NCBI GenBank assembly: GCA_003501525.1
Contig: DNPI01000041.1
Coordinates: forward strand, 1-32,507
From: Planctomycetota bacterium
GTDB taxonomy: Bacteria > Planctomycetota > UBA1135
Direction of reading: 5' to 3'
Length of the DNA: 32,507 nt
Shown here: positions 15,557-23,249 of the stretch, piece by piece
Layout of the letters: each line of letters starts with the position of its first letter
Position numbering within the stretch: position 1 is the first letter of the stretch
The notes under the pieces: model-generated
The model's input: only the letters and a program-made list of their open reading frames with translations
The model's database searches: none
Told to the model about the DNA's origin: nothing
Position numbers and translations under genes: made by a program

Positions 15557-16474
15557 CTAGTCTTTTGCACATCTGAATCCAGTGTGGTTAAGCCCAGTGT
15601 CAGGGCTTGTTTTCATGCGAGCTCCTGGACGATAGCCAGCGCAGTACAGGTCGCTACAAAGCCAGGACCCTCCACGCATTACGCGTTTTTTGATTCCTGG
15701 CTCCGATGGGTCGAAGGAATCAGTAGGGCCTTTAGGGTTTTTTACTCGGTTTGCAGTAAGAGAATATGCGTCAGGGCGATACCAATCTGCGCACCATTCC
15801 CAGACATTGCCGGCCATGTCTTGGAGGCCCCAACCATTGGCGGGAAAACTTCCCACTGGAGCAGTCCCACTGAAGCCGTCAGTCTTTTTGTCTTTTGAGG
15901 GGAATTCGCCTTGCCATATGTTTGCATACCACTTGCCTCCAGGGTTTTCTTCATTTCCCCAAGTCCAAGGGGCTTTTTCCAGTCCCCCGCGGGCGGCGAA
16001 TTCCCATTCTGCTTCGGTTGGCAATCGTTTTCCTGCCCAGCGCGAAAAAGCGATGGCGTCGTCCCACGAGACGTGGACAACCGGATGATCCATCCTGCCC
16101 TTTAGTGAACTATTAGGCCCTTCTGGATGTTTCCAATTGGAACCTGTTGTCCAACCCCACCAGCTGCCAGGGCCATCCTCGAGTTGCTCCGCACCTAGAA
16201 ACACCACCGATCCGGGGTCATTGGAGGAGAAAGGGATTTCGGCTGTGGTGAGATAGCCCGTGTCGTCAACAAATTTTTGAAATTGAGCGTTAGTGACTTC
16301 TGTCTGGTCCATCCAGAATCCGGAGACGGTTATTTCTCGAGCAGGGAACTCGTCAGGTTGAGCATGAAGGCTGTCTCCTCCCATGGTGAAGGTTCCACCG
16401 GGAATCCAAATCATTCCCTCTGGTTCTCCGCAGGAAACTAGCAGAATCAGGGCAATGCCCTTGACTCGCCTCAT
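15557..16474 (-). CDS. formylglycine-generating enzyme (FGE/SUMF1 family), predicted lipoprotein
   Basis: Lipobox 'LLVSC'. FGE-sulfatase domain motifs 'HPVVHVSWDDAIAFSRWAGKRLPTEAEWEFAARGG' and 'GNVWEWCADWY' are present. The catalytic copper-binding Cys pair is conserved in 'RGGSWLCSDLYCAGYRPGAR' (C273 at 15656-15658, C278 at 15641-15643). The start overlaps the upstream stop (ATGA on the minus strand). Confidence 0.8.
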   Translation of the reverse strand: MRRVKGIALILLVSCGEPEGMIWIPGGTFTMGGDSLHAQPDEFPAREITVSGFWMDQTEVTNAQFQKFVDDTGYLTTAEIPFSSNDPGSVVFLGAEQLEDGPGSWWGWTTGSNWKHPEGPNSSLKGRMDHPVVHVSWDDAIAFSRWAGKRLPTEAEWEFAARGGLEKAPWTWGNEENPGGKWYANIWQGEFPSKDKKTDGFSGTAPVGSFPANGWGLQDMAGNVWEWCADWYRPDAYSLTANRVKNPKGPTDSFDPSEPGIKKRVMRGGSWLCSDLYCAGYRPGARMKTSPDTGLNHTGFRCAKD

Positions 16475-16932
16475 CCGTCTTCTGTAAATCGCTCGTGCCC
16501 AGCGTCTTCCATTGCTTTAAGGGCATCGTAAGCGGCCTTAGCGGAATCCCGGTCATTTTCGAGCAAGCCCATCTCTAGCTTGAGAAGTTCCTGCTGTGTG
16601 AGAATCATTAGCTTGCGGTAATCGAGGACAAACTCATCGCGCCCTTCTTTTGGGATTGCATCAACCATGGGCGGTGGGATTAATTTCCCTTCGGCGACAG
16701 CTTTTTGCATTTCAACGATGACATCAAGACTTGCGGCGTCTTTTTCTGGATCCTTCAAACTCCTTCGTAGAGATCGCATGCCTCTTTTGAGCACGAGCAT
16801 TCTCTCTTCTAATGGCCCGACTTCCTCTTCTTGAGCCGGTTCTTGAATCGGTTGTGATGCCGGGCCCTCTGGAGACAGAGAGAGCAGGAATAAGATTAGG
16901 AGGAGAGGGCTATAGATAATTAGAACTTTCAT
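16471..16932 (-). CDS. secreted cytochrome b562-like four-helix-bundle protein (putative haem protein)
   Basis: Signal peptide 'MKVLIIYSPLLLILFLLSLS'. The mature part aligns by eye with E. coli cytochrome b562: 'LEERMLVLKRGMRSL' vs 'LEDNMETLNDNLKVI' (axial Met, 16798-16800) and 'LKAMEDAGHERF' vs 'LKTTRNAYHQKY' (axial His, 16495-16497). Confidence 0.5.
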   Translation of the reverse strand: MKVLIIYSPLLLILFLLSLSPEGPASQPIQEPAQEEEVGPLEERMLVLKRGMRSLRRSLKDPEKDAASLDVIVEMQKAVAEGKLIPPPMVDAIPKEGRDEFVLDYRKLMILTQQELLKLEMGLLENDRDSAKAAYDALKAMEDAGHERFTEDG

Positions 16933-16935
16933 AGT

Positions 16936-18276
16936 TCAAAGGACAAGCGTTTGTCCGGGTACTGGGATTGAATATCGGCCATCCGCGTCTGGGAGGGTCG
17001 GAGGAGGTGCGTCCCATGCATACTTTTCAGGTGCGAGAGACACCTCGGAAGCCATTGCATCATCCCAGTTGATAGCTTTGCCTGAATAAGTTGCGAGACG
17101 ACCAAGTATTGCGGTCATGGTGCTTTCAGCGCCATATTTTGTTTCATTGAATGGCCTATCTTCTCTAATGGATCGAAATAATTCGTTGTGTTCTACTTGG
17201 TAGGGGTCGGGTTCTTCGCCGCGGAATTTCCATTTTTCACCTTGGCTGCCCCAGAAGTTTTTCCGTTTAAAAACTTCAATTGCGCCTGAATTAACTGAAG
17301 CACGCCCTTTGGTGCCTTCAACATGCTCAGACACGCTTGACCAACAACCAGGGATGTGGCGGCATTGACTAAACATCCGAGTGCCGTCTGCGTATTCATA
17401 CTCAACGGCATGGTGGTCAAAAATTTCACCGTGGTCTATCCCGTTACGGGATTCTCTCCCTCCCATGCCGAGAGCTCTTACAGGATGTTCACCGTGAATC
17501 CAGTTGCACACATCTAGGTTGTGAATGTGTTGTTCGACAATGTGATCGCCGCAAAGCCAGTTGAAGTAGTACCAGTTCCGCATTTGATACTCCATTTCGG
17601 ATTGCCCTTCTTGGCGCCCTCTAACCCAAACTCCAGACCCATTCCAGTATGCCCGGTAGGCGCGGACATCGCCGATGACGCCGTCATGAATTCTCCGAAT
17701 GGTTTCGAGATAGCGAGCTTGGTGGTGTCTTTGGAGCCCCACTCCCACCTTTAGTCCTTTGCGCGTGGCTTCTTCACCGGCGGCGAGGACTTTCCGGATT
17801 CCTGGAGCGTCCACGGCAACCGGCTTCTCCATAAATACGTGTTTTCCTTGTGCAATGGCATGTTCGAAGTGAATAGGACGGAAGCCAGGCGGCGTAGCAA
17901 GAATGACGAGGTCAACTCCTGCTGCGATTGCTTTTTCATAGGCATCAAATCCCGTAAACCTTCTTTCTTCGGGAACCTTTACGGTTTCCGGGTGATTGTT
18001 TTTGAGATGCTGCAGAGTCCCTTCCAGTCGGTCGCTGAAAGCATCTGCCATGGCGACTAGCTCTACGTTACCTGTTGTCGACAAAGCTTGATTAGCCGCG
18101 CCAGCTCCTCTTCCTCCACATCCCACGAGGGCAACTCGAATAACGTCGTCACCGTGGGCGTTGGCCGGTCGAATAGCGTCAATGGCCTTGCCGACGGTTG
18201 GGATTGCTAGGGTCCCGCCAACAACGACGGCGGATTGTTTAACAAAAGTGCGACGAGAGGTTGAGTGATGATTCAT
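16936..18276 (-). CDS. Tat-exported Gfo/Idh/MocA-family NAD(P)-dependent oxidoreductase
   Basis: Twin-arginine signal 'SRRTFVK' (18238-18258). Rossmann motif 'VALVGCGGRGAGAA', then 'ATPPGFRPIHFEHAIAQGKHVFMEKPVA', typical of the family. 446 aa. Confidence 0.85.
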   Translation of the reverse strand: MNHHSTSRRTFVKQSAVVVGGTLAIPTVGKAIDAIRPANAHGDDVIRVALVGCGGRGAGAANQALSTTGNVELVAMADAFSDRLEGTLQHLKNNHPETVKVPEERRFTGFDAYEKAIAAGVDLVILATPPGFRPIHFEHAIAQGKHVFMEKPVAVDAPGIRKVLAAGEEATRKGLKVGVGLQRHHQARYLETIRRIHDGVIGDVRAYRAYWNGSGVWVRGRQEGQSEMEYQMRNWYYFNWLCGDHIVEQHIHNLDVCNWIHGEHPVRALGMGGRESRNGIDHGEIFDHHAVEYEYADGTRMFSQCRHIPGCWSSVSEHVEGTKGRASVNSGAIEVFKRKNFWGSQGEKWKFRGEEPDPYQVEHNELFRSIREDRPFNETKYGAESTMTAILGRLATYSGKAINWDDAMASEVSLAPEKYAWDAPPPTLPDADGRYSIPVPGQTLVL

Positions 18277-18278
18277 TT

Positions 18279-19409
18279 TTAGCGTTCTCCTTGGCGTTGG
18301 CCGGATTCCACACGGCGGATGTCATCGAGGTCGGCTTCCCAGTATTGCGCCCATTTGTCTTCATGGGGAGGGGAAAAAGGTCGCACTACGCGGAATCCAA
18401 CGAAGGGCGCGTCGGTTAAGTACCAAATGCTTTTGGGCAATTGCGGATCTTGCACCTTCCATCCTTTCTTGGAGGGTGTTCGAGCTGCTGAGCGGAGACG
18501 ATCGGGATCGTCGTCCCAAGAACCACCTCGTACAACTCGAGGGTAAAGAGATTTAGGCCACGCAACTGGATTGTCGGCTGTTTTTAAAAAAGTTTTTGTG
18601 TCCTGCGGCTCGATGAAAGTGGCATAGAAATCCTTATCCCACTCATCCAGAACCCATTCTGAGACATTCCCATGCATATCAAAGAGCCCCCAGGGATTAG
18701 GTTTGAGCTGGCCAACCTTTTGGTATGCATCGTCCGCGTTGTCGAAGTACCACGCATATTCATCAATCGCTTCTGAGTCGTTACCGAAGGACCATGCCGT
18801 TGTTGTTCCAGCTCGGCAGGCATATTCCCATTCGGCCTCTGTTGGCAATCGATAAAACCTTCCCGTCTTCATAGTTAGCCACTTTGTGTATTGCTTGGCA
18901 GCAAATTGGGTCATGCATGCGGCGGGGAAGCCTTCCACTCCCATTCCGAAGTCCATGGGTAAATAAGGTGGCGTTGGTCGGCTGACAGCATCGGCCCAAG
19001 GGTCTTGTGGATTTGCTTCGTAATTTTCTCCTCGTCGAGTGATGTCGAGGGAGAATTGGAATTCTTGATACTCGTCCCAAGTGACTTCGTGCGTTCCCAT
19101 CCAAAAAGGATCAACCTCTACGTTGTGAACAGGCCCTTCTTCTTTTTTACGGTCTTTCTCATCTGGCGGGCTACCCATTCGGAAGGTTCCACTTGGGATA
19201 GGGGTCATTCCAAAGCTGATTAAAGTGCCGGGAATGCTTTCTTTATAAGCCGCCATATCTTCAGGGCTTTCTGCCTGTGCATTAAGGTTCTCAGCGGATG
19301 GAGCAATACCTGGAGGTGAGTCAGGCTTCCCTCGCTCTTGTGCCCAAAGGGGGCTCCCACTGCCCAGGAGAGAAAGTCCTAGGATGGAAGGAAGAATGTT
19401 CCGTAGCAT
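18279..19409 (-). CDS. secreted FGE-sulfatase (SUMF1/DUF323)-fold protein lacking the catalytic cysteine pair
   Basis: Signal peptide 'MLRNILPSILGLSLLGSGSPLWAQ'. FGE-fold motifs 'FWMGTHEVTWDEYQEF', 'YRLPTEAEWEYACRAGT' and 'HGNVSEWVLDEW' are present. The region equivalent to the FGE active site reads 'RGGSWDDDPDRLRSAAR' and has no Cys. Confidence 0.7.
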   Translation of the reverse strand: MLRNILPSILGLSLLGSGSPLWAQERGKPDSPPGIAPSAENLNAQAESPEDMAAYKESIPGTLISFGMTPIPSGTFRMGSPPDEKDRKKEEGPVHNVEVDPFWMGTHEVTWDEYQEFQFSLDITRRGENYEANPQDPWADAVSRPTPPYLPMDFGMGVEGFPAACMTQFAAKQYTKWLTMKTGRFYRLPTEAEWEYACRAGTTTAWSFGNDSEAIDEYAWYFDNADDAYQKVGQLKPNPWGLFDMHGNVSEWVLDEWDKDFYATFIEPQDTKTFLKTADNPVAWPKSLYPRVVRGGSWDDDPDRLRSAARTPSKKGWKVQDPQLPKSIWYLTDAPFVGFRVVRPFSPPHEDKWAQYWEADLDDIRRVESGQRQGER

Positions 19410-19410
19410 T

Positions 19411-20376
19411 ATGAATCGGCGATGGACGCAAGTCCTTGGGTTAGGAATATTAGCCGCCTTTTCCTGTAAGGCCGGGAGTCCTAGTGAGAGGTTTGAATTT
19501 GAGAAACCGGGTATGGGGACTTTATTTAGAATTTCCCTCTACGCTCAGGACTTCGAAACGGCACGCAGCGCAGCTGAGCGAGCGTTTACCCGCATGCAGC
19601 ATCTTGAGAGAGAGCTTAGTGACTGGGATGCCGATAGCGCGGTCCGGAAACTCCCCTTCGCAGGAGGTCGGGTTAATGTTTCTCAGGATCTATGGGACAT
19701 TCTTTTTCTGTCTATTCGAGTCGCCGAGGCGACGAAGGGTGCCTTTGATCCAACAGTCGGCCCGGTGGTGAAGTTGTGGCGCCGCGCTAGTCGCCAACAA
19801 AAATTACCCGCGACAGAGGATATCGAGGCCGCATTGGAAGCCGTAGGTTGGGGACACATGGATTTAATCGATGAAACGGAGATTAATCTAGGAGTCCCGG
19901 GTATGAGGTTGGATTTTGGTGGCATAGGGAAAGGATTCGCACTTGATGCAATGCTCGGCGTTTTGGGAGAAGAAGGCATCGCGTCAGCACTTGTTGATGG
20001 AGGCGGAGATGTCGCAGTATCTAACCCGCCGCCAGGACAGCAAGGTTGGCGGGTGGCCATCGAATCACCACCTTGGTATTCAGGGGAGCAGCTGCGCCTT
20101 CTCCTTGCGAACCAAGCGATTGCATCCTCGGGTACCCGTTTCCGGAAATTTCAAGTAGACGGCCGTACGTGGTCTCACTTGCTGGATCCACGCACAGGCA
20201 TGGCTCTGGATTATGACATTCAAGCGACTGCTCTTGCCCCTTCAGGTGCACTCGCGGACTCCTTAGCTTCTGCAGCATGTGTTTTAGGGCCTGAGGGGTG
20301 GCAGAATAATTCTCTAGCTTCCAAATGGAGAGGGGTGAAAACTTGGTGGTTTCACCCTGATGAGGCTCTGGAGTGA
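19411..20376 (+). CDS. apbE: FAD:protein FMN transferase (ApbE family), predicted lipoprotein
   Basis: Lipobox 'LAAFSC'. ApbE motifs 'AFDPTVGPVVKLW', 'LDFGGIGKGFALD' and 'ASSGTRFRKF...WSHLLDPRTG' are present. In-frame upstream ATGs at 19384 and 19396 are alternative starts; they would overlap the divergent gene. Confidence 0.85.
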   Translation: MNRRWTQVLGLGILAAFSCKAGSPSERFEFEKPGMGTLFRISLYAQDFETARSAAERAFTRMQHLERELSDWDADSAVRKLPFAGGRVNVSQDLWDILFLSIRVAEATKGAFDPTVGPVVKLWRRASRQQKLPATEDIEAALEAVGWGHMDLIDETEINLGVPGMRLDFGGIGKGFALDAMLGVLGEEGIASALVDGGGDVAVSNPPPGQQGWRVAIESPPWYSGEQLRLLLANQAIASSGTRFRKFQVDGRTWSHLLDPRTGMALDYDIQATALAPSGALADSLASAACVLGPEGWQNNSLASKWRGVKTWWFHPDEALE

Positions 20377-20403
20377 TAGTCTGGGGCTTCAGAGAAGCTC
20401 TCC

Positions 20404-21693
20404 ATGACTAGAAAAAATCCCATTTCTCCTAATCCCACCCGCCGAGAATTCTTGCGAAAGAGTAGTGCCGTTGCCGCTGCAACTGCCCTGCCTTTGAAAG
20501 GGGTGGGTTTTCATAATTCCGTTGACGATGTCCTGAAAGTAGGCCTCGTGGGTTGCGGAGGACGAGGGACGGGTGCTGCAGCGAATGCATTGCGTGCCGA
20601 TGCCGCTACGCGTCTCGTGGCTATGGGCGATGCTTTTGCGAATCGTGTTGAGTCTAGCCTTGCTGGGCTTCAAGGAAGCGCTGGTATCGCTGAGCAAGTT
20701 GATGTCCCGCGAGAGCGTCGTTTCTTGGGTTTTGACGCGTATCAACGGGTTATTGAAGAGAGTGATGTAGTTCTTCTTGCAACCCCTCCTCACTTCCGCC
20801 CGCTTCATGTCGAAGCAGCGGTCTCTGCGGGAAAGCATCTTTTCGTAGAGAAACCGGTAGCGGTCGATGCTCCTGGAATCCGTCGAGTGATGGATGCTTG
20901 TAGAGCGGCTGCCGATAAGGGGCTCAGTCTTGTTTCGGGGCTTTGTTACAGGTATCAATTCGCAAAGCAGGAGACCATAAAACGCATTCACGGCGGCGCA
21001 ATCGGTGACCTCGTGAGTCTTCAGTGCTCATACAACACAGGGGGTCTTTGGCACCATGGACGCAAACCAGAATGGAGCGATATGGAGTATCAAGTCCGAA
21101 ACTGGCTTTATTTCAACTGGCTTAGCGGTGACCACATCAACGAACAGCACATTCATAGCCTCGACAAAGTTCTCTGGGCAATGGGAGATGAAACGCCATC
21201 GAAGGTAACGGCGAGCGGGGGACGCATTTCTCGCATCGATGACAAGTACGGCGATATTTATGACCACTTCAATACTGTTTACCAATGGGACAGTGGGGTG
21301 AAAGCTTTCAGCTCTTGCCGACAAATTGTTGGTGCGAGTTCAGATGTCTCTGACTTTGCTCACGGGACTGAGGGGACTGCCGAGATTCAATCTCATCGCA
21401 TTAAAGGAGCGAATGCTTGGCGATGGAGAGGAGATGGCCCAGATGATATGTATCAAAATGAGCATGATGCCCTGTTCAAGAGCATTCGTGCGGGAGCTGC
21501 CGTCAACAATGGAGACTATATGTGCAAATCGACCATGATGGCGATTGCCGCTCGAATGTCTGCTTATACAGGGAGATCTTTGTCTTGGGATGAAGCCATG
21601 AAATCGCAGGAGGACCTCACCCCGGTGGCCTATGTTTGGGGTGATGCACCTGCAATTCGTATCCCACGCCCTGGTGTGACTCCTTTTGTTTAA
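20404..21693 (+). CDS. Tat-exported Gfo/Idh/MocA-family NAD(P)-dependent oxidoreductase (paralogue of 16936-18276)
   Basis: Twin-arginine signal 'TRREFLR' (20437-20457). 'VGLVGCGGRGTGAA' and 'ATPPHFRPLHVEAAVSAGKHLFVEKPVAVDAPGIR' are present. It is collinear with the other copy through 'MEYQVRNWLYFNWLSGDHINEQHIHSLD' vs 'MEYQMRNWYYFNWLCGDHIVEQHIHNLD'. Confidence 0.85.
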   Translation: MTRKNPISPNPTRREFLRKSSAVAAATALPLKGVGFHNSVDDVLKVGLVGCGGRGTGAAANALRADAATRLVAMGDAFANRVESSLAGLQGSAGIAEQVDVPRERRFLGFDAYQRVIEESDVVLLATPPHFRPLHVEAAVSAGKHLFVEKPVAVDAPGIRRVMDACRAAADKGLSLVSGLCYRYQFAKQETIKRIHGGAIGDLVSLQCSYNTGGLWHHGRKPEWSDMEYQVRNWLYFNWLSGDHINEQHIHSLDKVLWAMGDETPSKVTASGGRISRIDDKYGDIYDHFNTVYQWDSGVKAFSSCRQIVGASSDVSDFAHGTEGTAEIQSHRIKGANAWRWRGDGPDDMYQNEHDALFKSIRAGAAVNNGDYMCKSTMMAIAARMSAYTGRSLSWDEAMKSQEDLTPVAYVWGDAPAIRIPRPGVTPFV

Positions 21694-21701
21694 ATCGTTC
21701 C

Positions 21702-23249
21702 TTGCGGATTAAGCGATTTACTGTGCATATGCTTTGGCTTTGCTTGCTGGCTATTGGCTCGTTGTCATGCGATTCAAACTTGGAAGCTGTGCAATCACCA
21801 TCCGCTCCAAATATTGTTTTAGTGGTTGCAGATGACCTCGGTTGGGGGGAGCTCGGGAGCTATGGGCAAACAAAAATTAAGACTCCCAATCTTGACCGTT
21901 TAGCCGCTGAAGGTATTCGATTCACCGATTTTTACTCTGGTAGTCCAGTTTGTGCTCCATCTCGGTGCGTATTGCTGACTGGTCTACATACGGGTAATGC
22001 TTATATTCGCAGAAATGACGAAACCGCAGAACGGGGGGATGTGTGGAACGACCCAGCCTTAGAGGGGCAGCGACCAATTCCTCCCGAAACGTTGACATTG
22101 GCAGAGGTCCTTAAGGACGAGGGCTACGCCACTGCTGCGATTGGGAAATGGGGCTTAGGCTGGCCGGGTTCAACGGGCGACCCCAATTTCCAGGGATTCG
22201 ATTTGTTCTACGGGTACAACTGTCAGCGAGTGGCCCACAACTATTACCCCACCCATATGTGGCGTAACCAGGAAAAAGAACTTTTGGATAATCCAGCTTT
22301 CCGGGCGCGTAACAAATTGCCGAAAGATGCTAATCCAAGCGATCCAGCTTCTTATGCCGCCTATAAAGGTAAAGACTATGCGCCTGATTTCATGGTTAAA
22401 GAGGCCGAAGGGTTTATGCGGACTAGTGCTTCTGAGGGAGCTCCTTTTTTCTTGTATTACCCTTCCCCTATTCCTCACTTGGCTTTGCAAATTCCGGATG
22501 AAGAGCTAGAGGCTTATGAAGGTGAATGGGAAGAAAAACCTTATGTCGGCGGGAAGGGATATTTGCCTCACCCGAAACCGCGTGCCGCTTATGCTGCGAT
22601 GATTACTCGCCTTGATCGAGAAGTCGGGGTCTTGATGGATACTTTGGATGATCTGGATTTGACGGACAACACTCTCTTTGTGTTCACCTCGGACAATGGC
22701 GCTTCGTGGATAGGAGGCGTTGATCTTAATTTCTTTGATAGTTCTGGTGGTTTGCGTGGACGCAAGGCTCAATTGCATGAAGGTGGTATTCGCGTCCCGA
22801 TGATTGCGAGATGGCCCGGGCATATTAAGCCGAACTCGGTCACTCCTTTTGTTGCCGGCTTCCAAGATTTAATGCCGACTATCAGTAGAGCGGTGGCACC
22901 ACGGAAACCGCTGCCTGAGCGCTTGGACGGCATATCTCTTCTTTCGGTGTTACGGGGCCAGGAAGTCGATTTAATACGTTCCACTCCTTTGTATTGGGAG
23001 TACCAGAACCGTCGAGCTCTTCGGAGGGGTGAGTGGAAAATCTATCAATCTGGCCCAAGGCAGCCCTGGCACCTTTATAACCTCAAGGAAGACACTTCTG
23101 AATCTAATGATGTCGCGAAGGAACATCCCGAGTTGTTGCGTGGCTTAATCGCGGAAGCGAATTCAACACGCTCTCCGTCAGAGCTCTATCCGCTCAAGGG
23201 GGTGGATGTTCCCGTTGAGGCCCGTGAGGCTGAAGGGAAGGTTCGCTAG
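21702..23249 (+). CDS. Cys-type (formylglycine-dependent) sulfatase, family S1, predicted lipoprotein
   Basis: Lipobox 'GSLSC'. 'VVADDLGWGELGSYG' is present. The FGly signature 'SPVCAPSRCVLLTGLH' has its C-A-P-S-R core at 21951-21965. 'FTSDNGAS' is also present. TTG start 8 nt after the upstream stop; GTG 21723 and ATG 21729 are alternatives. Confidence 0.85.
   Translation: MRIKRFTVHMLWLCLLAIGSLSCDSNLEAVQSPSAPNIVLVVADDLGWGELGSYGQTKIKTPNLDRLAAEGIRFTDFYSGSPVCAPSRCVLLTGLHTGNAYIRRNDETAERGDVWNDPALEGQRPIPPETLTLAEVLKDEGYATAAIGKWGLGWPGSTGDPNFQGFDLFYGYNCQRVAHNYYPTHMWRNQEKELLDNPAFRARNKLPKDANPSDPASYAAYKGKDYAPDFMVKEAEGFMRTSASEGAPFFLYYPSPIPHLALQIPDEELEAYEGEWEEKPYVGGKGYLPHPKPRAAYAAMITRLDREVGVLMDTLDDLDLTDNTLFVFTSDNGASWIGGVDLNFFDSSGGLRGRKAQLHEGGIRVPMIARWPGHIKPNSVTPFVAGFQDLMPTISRAVAPRKPLPERLDGISLLSVLRGQEVDLIRSTPLYWEYQNRRALRRGEWKIYQSGPRQPWHLYNLKEDTSESNDVAKEHPELLRGLIAEANSTRSPSELYPLKGVDVPVEAREAEGKVR

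Noticed and set aside
15543-15572. N-terminal extension of the 901-aa ORF (start at 15572) that would overlap the 3' end of the FGE gene by 16 nt
   Set aside because: The ATG at 15542 gives a classical signal peptide ('MKPLLPLLFVTFCSPCLAAQ') and a clean 14-nt spacer, so the extension is probably not translated.
20389-20991. 200-aa ORF on the minus strand, antisense to the 5' part of the second Gfo/Idh/MocA gene
   Set aside because: It overlaps a strongly supported CDS (Tat signal plus Rossmann motif). The translation is Arg/Ser-rich and low-complexity, so it is judged a shadow ORF.
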